Source: Candidatus Omnitrophota bacterium (lineage in GTDB: Bacteria > Omnitrophota > Gorgyraeia > Duberdicusellales > 4484-171). Taken from it: DNA of 64,000 bases. Both the position numbers and the translations under genes were made by a program. The notes below the pieces were generated by a model. That model had not been told where the DNA came from. It made no database searches and worked only from the letters and a program-made list of their open reading frames with translations. Every line of letters starts with the position of its first letter. The first letter of the stretch is position 1. Below, in pieces: positions 9,189 through 19,400 of this stretch. The stretch covers positions 2,954-66,953 of the forward strand of contig JAAEQW010000256.1 in the NCBI GenBank assembly GCA_024231025.1, in the 5' to 3' direction.

Positions 9189-12050
9189 ATGATAAAAAAA
9201 ATAATTTTTAACAACTCTCAGAAAAAGATTAATTCTTTAAAGCCGGAAGTTAATATCGTGTTGAATAAAGAAATTCCTACACCATCTTTAAAGGAAATCA
9301 CTATTCTTTCGAAAATTGTTAGCAAAGTTAATTCATTTGAGGCGCAATTATTAGAAAAGCCCGATAGCTTTTTTAAAGAAAAAACCATCGAATACAAAAA
9401 AATTATCCAAGATAAAACATCAACTTTGTCTGATGAAGACTATAGGGCTGGCGTTGATAAAGTTCTCGATGAGATATTGCCATTTTACTTTGCGATGGTT
9501 CGCGAAGCTGGCCGGCGAACAATTAAAATGCGCCATTTTGATGTGCAAATTTTAGGTGGAATAGTACTGCATAAAAATAGAATTGCCGAAATGGTAACTG
9601 GCGAAGGTAAAACGCTGGTGGCTACACTTTCCGCATCGTTGAATGCTTTGACCGCAAAAGGAGTGCATGTAATAACTGTAAATGATTATTTGGCTGGTCG
9701 TGACCGAGACTGGATGTCTCCGATCTATGAATTTTTGGGATTGACTTGTGGAGTAATCAAACAGGACACCGATAAAGCCAATCGACGCGCAGCTTATCAT
9801 TGTGACATAACTTATGGAACTAATAATGAGTTTGGTTTTGACTATCTAAGAGACAACATGGTTAATCATCATCGTGAAATGGTACAGCGAAATTATTTTT
9901 ATGCTATTGTCGATGAAGTTGATTCAATTTTAGTTGATGAGGCAAGAACGCCGCTAATAATTTCTGGTCCTGCGGAAGTTTCGATCGACAAATATTACCA
10001 TGCTGATAAAGCTGTCAGGCAACTGAAAACAAAATTTGTTATACAGAGTTTTGATGGAAAAGATGGGATGGTTACAATTAAAAACAAAGATGGTAGCGAG
10101 GTGCGCTTGCAACCTGAAGAGCTAGAAGAAAATTATGATGCGATCGTCGAAGAAAAAACCCGTAACGCTTATCTCACTCCTCGTGGCGAACGTAAGTGCG
10201 AGAGCGCTCTTGGAATTAAGAGCATCGCCGAAGATACTCCGGATAAATTTTCCAATACCTGGATTCATTATGTAACTCAGGCTTTAAAAGCGCATAATTT
10301 TTTTAAGTGCGATTGTGAATATATTGCTAAAGACGGCCGAGTCGTAATAGTTGATGAGTTTACTGGGCGGCTTATGCCGGGCAGGCGGTGGTCTGATGGA
10401 CTTCATCAGGCGGTAGAGGCCAAGGAGGGGTTAAAGATACAGCAAGAAAGCCAAACACTTGCCACTGTTACCTTGCAAAATTATTTTAGAATGTATCAAA
10501 AGTTAGCGGGTATGACCGGAACAGCTTATACCGAGGCTAATGAATTTCGCCATATTTATAATTTAGACGTTTCAGTTACTCCTACCAATCGCCCTTTAGC
10601 AAGAGAAAATTTTGCCGACCGGATATATAAAACTAAACGGGGAAAATTTGATGCTGTGATTGCGGAGATAGAGCATTCATATGAGAAAAAACAACCGGTT
10701 TTGGTTGGTACTACGTCGATAGAAGATTCAGAAACTCTATCTTTTTTGCTTTCAAAAAAAGGAGTTCCGCACAGCGTGCTAAATGCAAAGCACCATCAGC
10801 GAGAAGCGCAGATCGTTGCTCAGGCTGGACGTCTGGGGCAAATTACGATTGCAACTAATATGGCAGGTCGTGGAACCGATATTGTCTTAGGCGGTAATGT
10901 TGAAGCGTTTGTTAAAGATCTTTTGGGAAAAGGTGATCTTTCTGAAGACGACCAGGATTACAAAGAAGAATACAGTAAACTTATCAAAGAATATGCGGAT
11001 AAGTTTTCTAAAGAGCAAAAGAAAGTTATTGAAGTCGGCGGGCTGCATGTTATTGGTACTCAGCGTCACGAAGCAAGACGTATCGATAATCAGCTAAGAG
11101 GGCGTTCGGGTCGTCAAGGTGATCCCGGATCGTCACGTTTTTATGTTTCGCTAGAAGACGATTTGATGCGTTTATTTGGATCAGATAGAATTTATATTTT
11201 GATGGATCGTTTTGGTTTTCCAGAAGACGAACCGATAGAGCACGCGTTGATAAATAAGTCACTTGAAATTGCTCAAAAAAGAGTTGAGCGGCATAATTTT
11301 GAAATTAGAAAGCATCTTCTTGAATATGATAATGTGATGAATAAACAACGAGAAGTTATTTACTATCAGCGTAAACAGGTTTTGAGCAAGGAAAATATAC
11401 GAGAAGAAATTTTAGATATGGTTGATGAGGTTATCGACAAAGATGTTCCAATATATTTCCAGGAAGAAAAAAATCTTCTTGGTCTTAAGAATTGGTTAAA
11501 ACAAAAGTTTGATGCCGATATCGCGACCAATGAATTTAATGATTCAGAAATCGAAGAGGTAGTATCTTCATTAAAGACGACGGTATCGCGTATTTTAGAA
11601 GATAGAAGCCGCGAGGCTGGCCAAGAAGAATTTTTCCATATGGAAAAAGCAGTTGCCCTTTGGACTATTGATTCTCGCTGGAAGGAGCATCTGTTGATCA
11701 TGGATTCTTTGAAAGAGGGAATTTATTTGCGCGGTTATGCTAATACCGAACCGTTAATCGAGTATCAGAAGGAGTCATACGGTGCCTTTGAGGAAATGAT
11801 AGATTCGATCAAAGAAGGCATAGTGGATATGGTTTTTAAGGCAAAGATTACCCGCAAGGAAACAAGTGTTTTTGATGAAGGTGCGAAAAACTTTGTTCAC
11901 TCGCAATATTCTCCGCTGAAGAAAAAAGGTGCTGTCGCGCAAGAGAACTCAAAAGAGATTTCAGCAAAAAAAGTTGAACAAAAAGTAGGTAGAAATGAAC
12001 CTTGCCCATGTGGCAGTGGAAAAAAATATAAAAAGTGCTGTGGAAAGTAA
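9189..12050 (+). CDS. secA: Preprotein translocase ATPase SecA
   Basis: DEAD-like motor motifs (MVTGEGKTLVATL, DEVDSILVDEARTPLIISG) and a C-terminal zinc-binding tail (CPCGSGKKYKKCCG). Confidence 0.9.
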   Translation: MIKKIIFNNSQKKINSLKPEVNIVLNKEIPTPSLKEITILSKIVSKVNSFEAQLLEKPDSFFKEKTIEYKKIIQDKTSTLSDEDYRAGVDKVLDEILPFYFAMVREAGRRTIKMRHFDVQILGGIVLHKNRIAEMVTGEGKTLVATLSASLNALTAKGVHVITVNDYLAGRDRDWMSPIYEFLGLTCGVIKQDTDKANRRAAYHCDITYGTNNEFGFDYLRDNMVNHHREMVQRNYFYAIVDEVDSILVDEARTPLIISGPAEVSIDKYYHADKAVRQLKTKFVIQSFDGKDGMVTIKNKDGSEVRLQPEELEENYDAIVEEKTRNAYLTPRGERKCESALGIKSIAEDTPDKFSNTWIHYVTQALKAHNFFKCDCEYIAKDGRVVIVDEFTGRLMPGRRWSDGLHQAVEAKEGLKIQQESQTLATVTLQNYFRMYQKLAGMTGTAYTEANEFRHIYNLDVSVTPTNRPLARENFADRIYKTKRGKFDAVIAEIEHSYEKKQPVLVGTTSIEDSETLSFLLSKKGVPHSVLNAKHHQREAQIVAQAGRLGQITIATNMAGRGTDIVLGGNVEAFVKDLLGKGDLSEDDQDYKEEYSKLIKEYADKFSKEQKKVIEVGGLHVIGTQRHEARRIDNQLRGRSGRQGDPGSSRFYVSLEDDLMRLFGSDRIYILMDRFGFPEDEPIEHALINKSLEIAQKRVERHNFEIRKHLLEYDNVMNKQREVIYYQRKQVLSKENIREEILDMVDEVIDKDVPIYFQEEKNLLGLKNWLKQKFDADIATNEFNDSEIEEVVSSLKTTVSRILEDRSREAGQEEFFHMEKAVALWTIDSRWKEHLLIMDSLKEGIYLRGYANTEPLIEYQKESYGAFEEMIDSIKEGIVDMVFKAKITRKETSVFDEGAKNFVHSQYSPLKKKGAVAQENSKEISAKKVEQKVGRNEPCPCGSGKKYKKCCGK

Positions 12051-13470
12051 AAGAGGCATCGCCCTTGTTAGTATTAGCGCTTTACTCACCGGATTAAGTT
12101 TTAACCATCCCCAATTATTTTTTCTTACTTGGTTTTCTTTGTGTCCTTTTCTGTATGTTTTAAGCAGATCCACAAAAAAAGCAAGCATTCTGAATGCGTT
12201 TATTTTTGGAGCCATTTATTATTTTACAATTATTTTTTGGGTGGCTAATGTTACTATTCTCGGTCTTATATTTTTGTTAGGTTATCTTTGCTTGTATCCG
12301 GTAATGTTTTCATTTCTAGCGAGATATTTTTTTAAAAAAAGATTCGCGATAGTGACAATTGCATCAGTTTGGGTGCTTTTAGAACTTTTAAAAGAGAACA
12401 TTTGGTGCGGATTTAGCTGGGGCAATATTGGTTATTCGCAATATCTTAATCGTTATATCATTCAAATTGCGGATATTTTTGGTGTAAAGTCTATATCATT
12501 TCTGGTAGTCATGGTGAATGTTTTGTTTTTCGAAATTATTTCAAAAAACAAAAATATTATTAAAAAGTTGTTTTTTGTTGCGAGCGTGCTATTTTTCTGT
12601 ACGGCTTATTCACACTATAAGTTAAATACCTTCATTACCTCAGGGGAAGTGACGTTGTCTTTAGTGCAGCCCAACGTTGGCGAAAGCGAAAAGTATAATT
12701 TATCTTCTGGGTCAAATATAGTAGCTAGGTTGAAAAAACTAAGCCGCCAAACCGAGGAGGGCTCGTTAGTTATATTTCCTGAGGCAGCTTGGCCGTTTGT
12801 AATTAAAGATGATGATCGTCAAATTTTACCAGAGTTTGTTGCTGAAATAAAGCGACGCTCCTTAATTGGACTTATCCAACATGATGGAAAATTTCATAAC
12901 CGAGCTTCGTTATTTAACAGTAGTGGAAAATTAGTTGCTTTTTATGATAAACTAAAATTAGTTCCTTTTGGTGAATATGTTCCGTTAAGGAAATATCTAT
13001 CCTTCATTCCGGTTATAAATTCTATAGGAGACATGCATCGCGGTAGGGAGATAGTAGTTTTTCCTTACGGTGATCAAAAATTTAGTGTTTTGATTTGCTT
13101 TGAAGATATTTTCTCTGACTTGGTTCGTGACTTTTCAAGTGAGAGTGACTTTCTTATAAATATTACTAATGATGCTTGGTTTATGGGGGAGCCTCAAGCG
13201 AGTCAACATTTGGCGATAATGGTTTTTAGAGCAATTGAAAATCGCATCTCCATTGCTCGATGTGCGAATACCGGCATTAGCGGATGGGTTTCTTTTAAAG
13301 GAGATATCAACAAGTTAAAAAAACAAAATAGCGAAGTTTTCTTTGAAGGTGTAATGAATTTTAAATTACCGTTGAATGATCAGCGCAGTTTTTTTAATGC
13401 TTACGGGGGAATGGTTTCATTTCTTTATGTATTTTTATTAGGATTGGGTTTCATTCATCATGAAGAATAA
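11995..13470 (+). CDS. lnt: Apolipoprotein N-acyltransferase
   Basis: N-terminal polytopic membrane region plus a C-terminal CN-hydrolase domain (VLICFEDIF...). The 5' end overlaps the secA tail; the true start may be the in-frame GTG at 12040. Confidence 0.75.
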   Translation: MNLAHVAVEKNIKSAVESKRGIALVSISALLTGLSFNHPQLFFLTWFSLCPFLYVLSRSTKKASILNAFIFGAIYYFTIIFWVANVTILGLIFLLGYLCLYPVMFSFLARYFFKKRFAIVTIASVWVLLELLKENIWCGFSWGNIGYSQYLNRYIIQIADIFGVKSISFLVVMVNVLFFEIISKNKNIIKKLFFVASVLFFCTAYSHYKLNTFITSGEVTLSLVQPNVGESEKYNLSSGSNIVARLKKLSRQTEEGSLVIFPEAAWPFVIKDDDRQILPEFVAEIKRRSLIGLIQHDGKFHNRASLFNSSGKLVAFYDKLKLVPFGEYVPLRKYLSFIPVINSIGDMHRGREIVVFPYGDQKFSVLICFEDIFSDLVRDFSSESDFLINITNDAWFMGEPQASQHLAIMVFRAIENRISIARCANTGISGWVSFKGDINKLKKQNSEVFFEGVMNFKLPLNDQRSFFNAYGGMVSFLYVFLLGLGFIHHEE

Positions 13471-14329
13471 ACGTTTTAGCGCGTTAAGAATTAGCTGGAT
13501 AAGTATTGCGATCAATTTGATTTTGGCTGTTGCTAAGATAACTGTAGGCGTACTCTCTAATAGCATTGCTATAATTAGCGACGCGATACATAGTTTAAGC
13601 GATTTAGCAACCACTGTTGTTGTAATTTTAAGTTTGCGTGTAAGCAAAAAACCTGCCGACAGAAAACATCCTTTCGGACATGGCCGCGCGCAAGATGTTG
13701 GGGGGTTAATACTTTCAATTGGTCTTGTTTTGGTTGGTGTCGGTTTTTTCAAAACAGCAGCATCGCGTTTAATATCTCCTGAGCCGGTTAACGTTAACTT
13801 TGTTTTTGTGGGAGTTATTTTGATATCGGCAGCGATTAAATTGATATTAGGTGCAATTACGCACCGAATATCTGTCTTAGAGCGTTCGGCGATTCTAAAA
13901 GCCGATGCGTATCATCACTATAGCGATTTTGTTACTAGCTTTGTGGTGGCAATTGGTTTTATTTTTGCCAGGACGAATGTTAATTTAGACTCTTGGTTAG
14001 GAATTTTTATTGCTTTGATAATTATTTTTTGGGCAATAAGATCAGGCAAAGAGTTCTCTGATAATCTTATTGGCAAAAGAGCCTCGCCGCAGGTTTATCA
14101 AAAGGTGAGGGCGATTGCGCATTCGTTTGAAACTGTTTTAGGTGTGCACGATATCCAAGCGCACAGCTACGGCCAACATAGAATAATTTCTCTTCATGTG
14201 GAAGTTGATCCCAATCTTTCTTTAGAAGAAGCGCATGGCGTTGCCGATAGTATCGAAAAAAAGATACGCTATCAACGTTTGGGCAAGTGCATTGTTCATG
14301 TGGATATAAAGCGCAGTATTCAGTCGTAA
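13460..14329 (+). CDS. Cation diffusion facilitator (CDF) family metal efflux transporter
   Basis: CDF signature HSLSDLATT, six TM helices, and a C-terminal cytoplasmic domain. Confidence 0.8.
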   Translation: MKNKRFSALRISWISIAINLILAVAKITVGVLSNSIAIISDAIHSLSDLATTVVVILSLRVSKKPADRKHPFGHGRAQDVGGLILSIGLVLVGVGFFKTAASRLISPEPVNVNFVFVGVILISAAIKLILGAITHRISVLERSAILKADAYHHYSDFVTSFVVAIGFIFARTNVNLDSWLGIFIALIIIFWAIRSGKEFSDNLIGKRASPQVYQKVRAIAHSFETVLGVHDIQAHSYGQHRIISLHVEVDPNLSLEEAHGVADSIEKKIRYQRLGKCIVHVDIKRSIQS

Positions 14330-14358
14330 GTTATAAGTTATAAGTTGTGGGAGGTGAA

Positions 14359-14850
14359 ATGATGAAAATTGATTTAGAAATTGTAAAGATAAAAAATCCG
14401 CAAGAATTAAATGTTATTATCGGGCAGTCTCATTTCATAAAAACAGCCGAAGATATTTATGAGGCATTAGTTACGGCTGTGCCTACGATCAAATTTGCGT
14501 TGGCTTTTTCTGAGGCATCAGGGAAATGTCTTTTGCGTCTTGAATCAAATGACGAAGATTTGCGTGTGCTTGCTTGCGAAAATGCCTTAAGTATTGGTTG
14601 TGGGCATAGTTTCATTATTTTTTTAAAGAATGCTTTTCCGATAAATGTTTTAAATCAAATTAAGAAAATTCCTGAGGTCTGCCATATATTTTGCGCAACA
14701 GCTAATCCTTTGGAAATTATCGTTGCTCAAACTGAACAGGGTAGGGGAATTTTAGGTGTGATCGATGGGTTGTCTCCCAAAGGAGTTGAAACTGAGCTCG
14801 ATGTAAAAAGCAGAAAAGAACTCCTAAGAAAATTCGGATACAAATTATAA
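14359..14850 (+). CDS. Conserved hypothetical protein, possibly of the adenosine-specific kinase-like (PF04008) family
   Basis: About 160 aa, soluble. GGGAGGTG Shine-Dalgarno before the ATG pair at 14359/14362. Family assignment is from memory only. Confidence 0.3.
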   Translation: MMKIDLEIVKIKNPQELNVIIGQSHFIKTAEDIYEALVTAVPTIKFALAFSEASGKCLLRLESNDEDLRVLACENALSIGCGHSFIIFLKNAFPINVLNQIKKIPEVCHIFCATANPLEIIVAQTEQGRGILGVIDGLSPKGVETELDVKSRKELLRKFGYKL

Positions 14851-14851
14851 G

Positions 14852-14880
14852 TTGTGTTATAATTAATAATTATAGCACAA
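14852..14880. promoter_or_regulatory. Near-perfect 13-bp inverted repeat (TTGTGTTATAATT / AATTATAGCACAA) upstream of the acyltransferase gene; possible operator overlapping a -10-like TATAAT
   Basis: Read directly from the sequence. Confidence 0.35.
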
Positions 14881-14906
14881 TCAACCTCGAAAGATGTTTT
14901 GGCAAA

Positions 14907-15845
14907 GTGAGTAAAGAAAAGATAAAACACATCAGAAGAAGAGTCGCCTTTATTGTTTTAAAGGCGTTTACCGTTTTCCATGGAATTTTTCCTCCTGGAT
15001 GGAGCTATATTCTGGGTACTGTTTTGGGCAATCTCGTTAATCTTGTTTTAGTTCATCATCGTAAGGTTTCAATAGAAAGTTTATCAGTAGCTTTTCCGAA
15101 GATGGCGCTTAAAGAAAAAAGAAAAATTACGCGTGATTTTTTTGTTTTTATGGCTCAAGGCGGATTAGAGCTGTTGTATTTTTTAAAAAATCCACGACTT
15201 CTTAATAATGTGCGCATCGAAGGCAGAGAACATCTTCAAGCGGCGTTGAAGCAGCAGCGCGGAGTAATTTTTTTAACTGCACATTTAGGAAATTTTCCTT
15301 TAATGAGTTTGAAACTGGCTAAAGAAGGCTTTGCTGTGAATGTTGTTGCTCGTCCGATGCGCGATGAAAAAGCAGGAGATTATTTACATAATTTACGCAC
15401 CAACTCTGGGGTTAAAACGATTTTTTCTTATCCTCGTCGTGACTGTGTAAACGGAATAATAAAAGCCCTTCGGAACAATGAATGCGTATTAATACAAATG
15501 GATCAGAATTTTGGAACCGGCGGGGTTTGGGTGAAATTTTTTGATAAATTAGCGGCTACTCCAGTTGGGCCGATTATTTTTGCACTAAGAACCAAAGCGG
15601 TTATTTTGCCATCGTATATCTATCGTGAAGGAAAAGGAAAACATTGCATGAAAATATTTCCTGGCGAAACGCTTACCATTAAAGAAACGAAAGAAGAAAC
15701 TATTTTGGTTAACGCAATTAAGTTTACTAAAATAATTGAGCAGTGGGTTAGAAAGCATCCTTGGCAGTGGGGCTGGATACATCGTCGTTGGAAGTCGCGA
15801 CCGTCTGCTAAGGCCTTGAAGTCGGAATTCATGATTGAGAAATAA
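14907..15845 (+). CDS. Lipid A biosynthesis (Kdo)2-lipid IVA lauroyl/myristoyl acyltransferase family (LpxL/HtrB-like)
   Basis: PF03279-type pattern: N-terminal membrane segment, RIEGREHLQAALKQQRGVIFLTAHLGNF. GTG start. Confidence 0.7.
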   Translation: MSKEKIKHIRRRVAFIVLKAFTVFHGIFPPGWSYILGTVLGNLVNLVLVHHRKVSIESLSVAFPKMALKEKRKITRDFFVFMAQGGLELLYFLKNPRLLNNVRIEGREHLQAALKQQRGVIFLTAHLGNFPLMSLKLAKEGFAVNVVARPMRDEKAGDYLHNLRTNSGVKTIFSYPRRDCVNGIIKALRNNECVLIQMDQNFGTGGVWVKFFDKLAATPVGPIIFALRTKAVILPSYIYREGKGKHCMKIFPGETLTIKETKEETILVNAIKFTKIIEQWVRKHPWQWGWIHRRWKSRPSAKALKSEFMIEK

Positions 15846-15904
15846 TGGTTGTAAATGGTTTTGTAATTTGATAAAATCAATTTGGCAAAGGACTTACATT
15901 TGGC

Positions 15905-16858
15905 ATGAAACATAAATACTCTATAGGAATTGGTTTAAATCTTTTTGATGCTCGCGCGATCCTTTTACGAGAAGATGGTAAAATTATTGCCGAGATTGAA
16001 AAGAAAAGAGAAACGATTACCGCTAACGAAACCATTGAGGTTCTGCTTAGTTTGCTTGAGGAAATTGTTGATAAGTCCAGTAAGCATAAGGAAGAAATAA
16101 GTAAAATTGGTTTGGCTTTAGGTGGGATCGTTAACAAGAAAAAGGGCGTTGTGTATTGGCCCCAAACCCAAGCAACTTCTTATGCGCAAATAGCGCTGCC
16201 TTTAAAAGATCATTTAGAGAAAAAGTTTGGTTTTGGTGTTGTTATTGAAAATGATGCCAACGCTTGCGCTTGGGCAGAATATTGCCTGAGCTTTCCTAAG
16301 AATAAAAACCTAGTTTATATGTTTTCTGGCAGCGGATGCGGTATTGTTGTTGACGGCAAGCTTTATCGGGGCAAATATGGTGGAGCCGGTGAGCCATTTT
16401 TGGATCCTAAGGGAAAGCTAATGAGCTCTCGATTGGGAGAATTTTCTTTTCTTAGGCGCTGGCCGGCAGATTTAGAAATGGTAACTAGGGCAAAAGAGCT
16501 GATATCTTTAGGTAAAGAAAGTTCGCTGATAAAAAAAATAACGTCGACCGGAGGTTTGGACCTCAGAAGTATTTTTAAAGAATCCAAGAAAAAAGATAAG
16601 GTTTCGCGAGAAATATTAAGAGAAGGCGCTTTTGCTTTAGGGGTGAAAATAGCATTTTTAATAAATTTGCTAAATCCTGAAGTAGTGGTTGTCGGTGGAG
16701 GCTTAGAAGAAGCAGGCGATTTTTTTCTGGATGAATGCATTAGCGCGATAAAAAGTTTTTCTCTAAACGAAAGCAGGAAAGGTTGCAAAATAGTAGCTTC
16801 AGGGCTGAGCAAGAAAGCTACTTCCTTAGGCGCTGCTTTCATAGCTTTGCACCAATAA
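15905..16858 (+). CDS. ROK family sugar kinase/regulator-like protein
   Basis: ROK/ASKHA fold motifs (GIGLNLFDARAILLREDGKII; LGGIVNKKKG; ENDANACAWAE). Confidence 0.7.
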   Translation: MKHKYSIGIGLNLFDARAILLREDGKIIAEIEKKRETITANETIEVLLSLLEEIVDKSSKHKEEISKIGLALGGIVNKKKGVVYWPQTQATSYAQIALPLKDHLEKKFGFGVVIENDANACAWAEYCLSFPKNKNLVYMFSGSGCGIVVDGKLYRGKYGGAGEPFLDPKGKLMSSRLGEFSFLRRWPADLEMVTRAKELISLGKESSLIKKITSTGGLDLRSIFKESKKKDKVSREILREGAFALGVKIAFLINLLNPEVVVVGGGLEEAGDFFLDECISAIKSFSLNESRKGCKIVASGLSKKATSLGAAFIALHQ

Positions 16859-17001
16859 AAGAAAAGTGGTTAGTCGTATGCCGCTTTTAAAATGGATTGG
16901 TGAAGGCAGACAGTAATTATATTTCACAAGATGGCTTTACAGCCGTTTTTTATATGTTATAATTAGGTAAATCTATACATAAAGTGAAAAAGGAGGTTTT
17001 T

Positions 17002-18171
17002 ATGGGCAGAAAGATAATCATTGTTCTTTTATTATTAATAACGATTGGTGTGGGATATTTTGCGTACACCTTTTATACTCAAAAAGAAACGTTAACCCAG
17101 GATATTGCGGCACTTAAAAATGCACAAACAAAATTAAATCAAGAGAATAGCACCCTAAAAAATCAACTGAGCGCTTTGGAACGAGAAAAAAGAAGTTTGG
17201 AAGATCGGTGGGCAAAAGTGCAATCTAGGCTTGCTGAAATGGAAAAAGAAGGGGCTACGCTTAGACGCAAATACAAAGATGTTGTTAAAGACAAGGATGC
17301 TTTGGTTGAAAAGCTTAACGCAAAGCCTAAAGTGCAAGTTACAGAGAGAGTTGCGTCTGCATCATCACAATCACAGGCACCAGCTGGTTCCGATGACTAT
17401 TGGGCAGATTTTGTTAGGGCAAAGGCTGAATTGTCAATTAAGCTTGACGATATGAACAAGAAACTCACCACAGCAAAAATAACCTTGTCCGAAAGAGAAA
17501 AAAAGAACAAAGAATTAAGCCTTGAGATTGATGAGCTAGAAGCATTGAAGAAGCAGGTTGAGGATCAAGTGCAATTTAAAACAAGAGCCTTGGAAATTGT
17601 TAGCAAAGAGTTGGTCAACGAAAGAGAAGCTCGCAAGAATCTTACCGACGAAACGATGAAGATGCGAAAAAGTGGTGTAAAACTTAAGAGAGAATTGGTT
17701 CTTGCCAATAAAGAAAAAGTACAGCTTCAAAAAAGTGTTGAAGGTATGACTAGCGAGAAGGATAAATTAGAAAAGAGAATCTCTGAAATAGAGAGGATCC
17801 TCAAACAGAAAGCCTTAGCGCTACAGGATTTGCAGGATAATCTTTATCAGGCACTTAATCCAAATACTGTTATAAAGCAAGATTCCGCCTCTGTAGGGTT
17901 GCCACCGATTGTTGTTAAGCCCGATGTCGCTGGCGTGAAGGGGTTAAGGGGGGAAATCGTTGCCGTAAACCATGAAGAAAAATTTATTATCGTTGACATC
18001 GGTGAGACTAAGGGCATGAGGCCTGGTTTTCGCCTAAAGATTTTGCGCGGTGATAAGGAAATCGGTACAGCACAAGTTATTGAAACAAGAAGAGAGATTT
18101 CCGCCGCCGATATAAAGGAAGTAAGCGGTGGTTATACTATTCAAGAAGGCGATGCGATAATAAGTAAATAA
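17002..18171 (+). CDS. Membrane-anchored coiled-coil protein of unknown function
   Basis: N-terminal TM helix, roughly 270 aa of heptad-rich coiled coil, and a C-terminal beta-rich domain. AGGAGG 5 nt before the ATG. Confidence 0.4.
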   Translation: MGRKIIIVLLLLITIGVGYFAYTFYTQKETLTQDIAALKNAQTKLNQENSTLKNQLSALEREKRSLEDRWAKVQSRLAEMEKEGATLRRKYKDVVKDKDALVEKLNAKPKVQVTERVASASSQSQAPAGSDDYWADFVRAKAELSIKLDDMNKKLTTAKITLSEREKKNKELSLEIDELEALKKQVEDQVQFKTRALEIVSKELVNEREARKNLTDETMKMRKSGVKLKRELVLANKEKVQLQKSVEGMTSEKDKLEKRISEIERILKQKALALQDLQDNLYQALNPNTVIKQDSASVGLPPIVVKPDVAGVKGLRGEIVAVNHEEKFIIVDIGETKGMRPGFRLKILRGDKEIGTAQVIETRREISAADIKEVSGGYTIQEGDAIISK

Positions 18172-18177
18172 GACTTT

Positions 18178-19176
18178 ATGGTTCCTTTCGAAAAAATTAC
18201 GATAAAAGAAGTTGCTAAAAAAGCAAGGGTTTCTATTGCCACAGTTTCTCGATATCTCAACAACCCCTCTTCCTTAAAAGAAGCAAATAGAAAAAGAGTC
18301 GCAAAAGCAGTTAAGGAATTAAATTACCAACCTTTAATTTTTGCTCGTCGATTAGCCGGAGGAAAACTTAATACTTTTGGATTGATTATTCAGGGTTATG
18401 AAGGCATTTTTTATTCCTTCTATGCTCTTGAAATTATTCGTGAGGTTGGTTTCTCTTTGGATTCCAAGGGAATAGATATGCATCTGCATATTTTTTGGAA
18501 CAAAGACAACTTTAAAACTTCTTTAGTTGATGGTGTTATCTTTGCGGATGTTATTGGCAATGAGGAGCAATTAAAAAGATTGGTTGAGGCGAGAGTTCCG
18601 GTAGTAGTCATCAATAAAAGAGTTGAAACTCCGGATGTCAGTTATGTTGCGGTGGATAATTTTAAAGGAGCTTATGATGCTGCTGAATTTTTGATTCGTC
18701 ATAATCATAAAAAAATTGCCCATCTCATAGGAGATCTAAGCACTCAATGCGCGTGCCAACGCCTGGAAGGGTTTAAAAGTGCCTTAGAGAAGAACTCTAT
18801 TCCGTTACCCAAAGATTACCTTAAAAAAACAAATTTTTCTCGCAAAGAAGCGCGCAGCAAGCTTGAAGAATTATTTTCCCTAGACCAACCGCCAACAGCA
18901 ATTTTTTGTTGCAGTGATGAGGTTGCAAGCGAGGTGCTTGTTTTTGCTGAAGAAAAGAAAATAAAAGTTCCAAAGCAATTGAGTGTTATAGGATTTGATA
19001 ATAATCCGCATTGTCTTTATGGAGGAACAATGCTAACAACCGTAAAGCAACCGTTAAGGAAAATGGCGTCTTTGGGCGTTAGTATTTTAAAGGAAATTAT
19101 AGAGAAAAAAACTCCTCCAGAAAAAGTTATTTTAGAGCCAGAGTTAATCGTTCGCGATACAGTTGATTTTATCTAA
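18178..19176 (+). CDS. LacI family transcriptional regulator
   Basis: N-terminal HTH (IKEVAKKARVSIATVSRYLN) followed by a periplasmic-binding-protein-like sugar-binding core. Confidence 0.8.
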   Translation: MVPFEKITIKEVAKKARVSIATVSRYLNNPSSLKEANRKRVAKAVKELNYQPLIFARRLAGGKLNTFGLIIQGYEGIFYSFYALEIIREVGFSLDSKGIDMHLHIFWNKDNFKTSLVDGVIFADVIGNEEQLKRLVEARVPVVVINKRVETPDVSYVAVDNFKGAYDAAEFLIRHNHKKIAHLIGDLSTQCACQRLEGFKSALEKNSIPLPKDYLKKTNFSRKEARSKLEELFSLDQPPTAIFCCSDEVASEVLVFAEEKKIKVPKQLSVIGFDNNPHCLYGGTMLTTVKQPLRKMASLGVSILKEIIEKKTPPEKVILEPELIVRDTVDFI

Positions 19177-19268
19177 ATTAAATTGCCTTCATGTTCGTTT
19201 TTCGATAGAAAATTACTAAAATTGTTTCAGTTAATTGGAAATTACACAGGGAGATTTTTGATGTTCTA

Positions 19269-19315
19269 GAACAATATGTTGTAGTTGGCGGTGTTTGTCG
19301 CACAACATATTGTAT
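19269..19315. promoter_or_regulatory. Tandem NrdR boxes upstream of nrdJ
   Basis: Two palindromes, aACAATATGTTGTag (19269-19284) and gcACAACATATTGTat (19300-19315), centred 31 bp apart. They match the NrdR consensus acaCwAtATaTwGtgt and its typical three-turn spacing. The second box overlaps the -35. Confidence 0.6.
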
Positions 19316-19321
19316 TTTTTC

Positions 19322-19350
19322 TTGACATCAAGGTTATAACGTGATATAAA
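19322..19350 (+). promoter_or_regulatory. Sigma70 promoter TTGACA-17-TATAAA for nrdJ
   Basis: ttgaca 19322-19327, tataaa 19345-19350. Followed by a 50-nt leader with an AAAGGAG Shine-Dalgarno. Confidence 0.5.
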
Positions 19351-19400
19351 AAATTATCCCGCTAAATGTTTTTTAAACACTCGAATGAAAGGAGTAGCCC

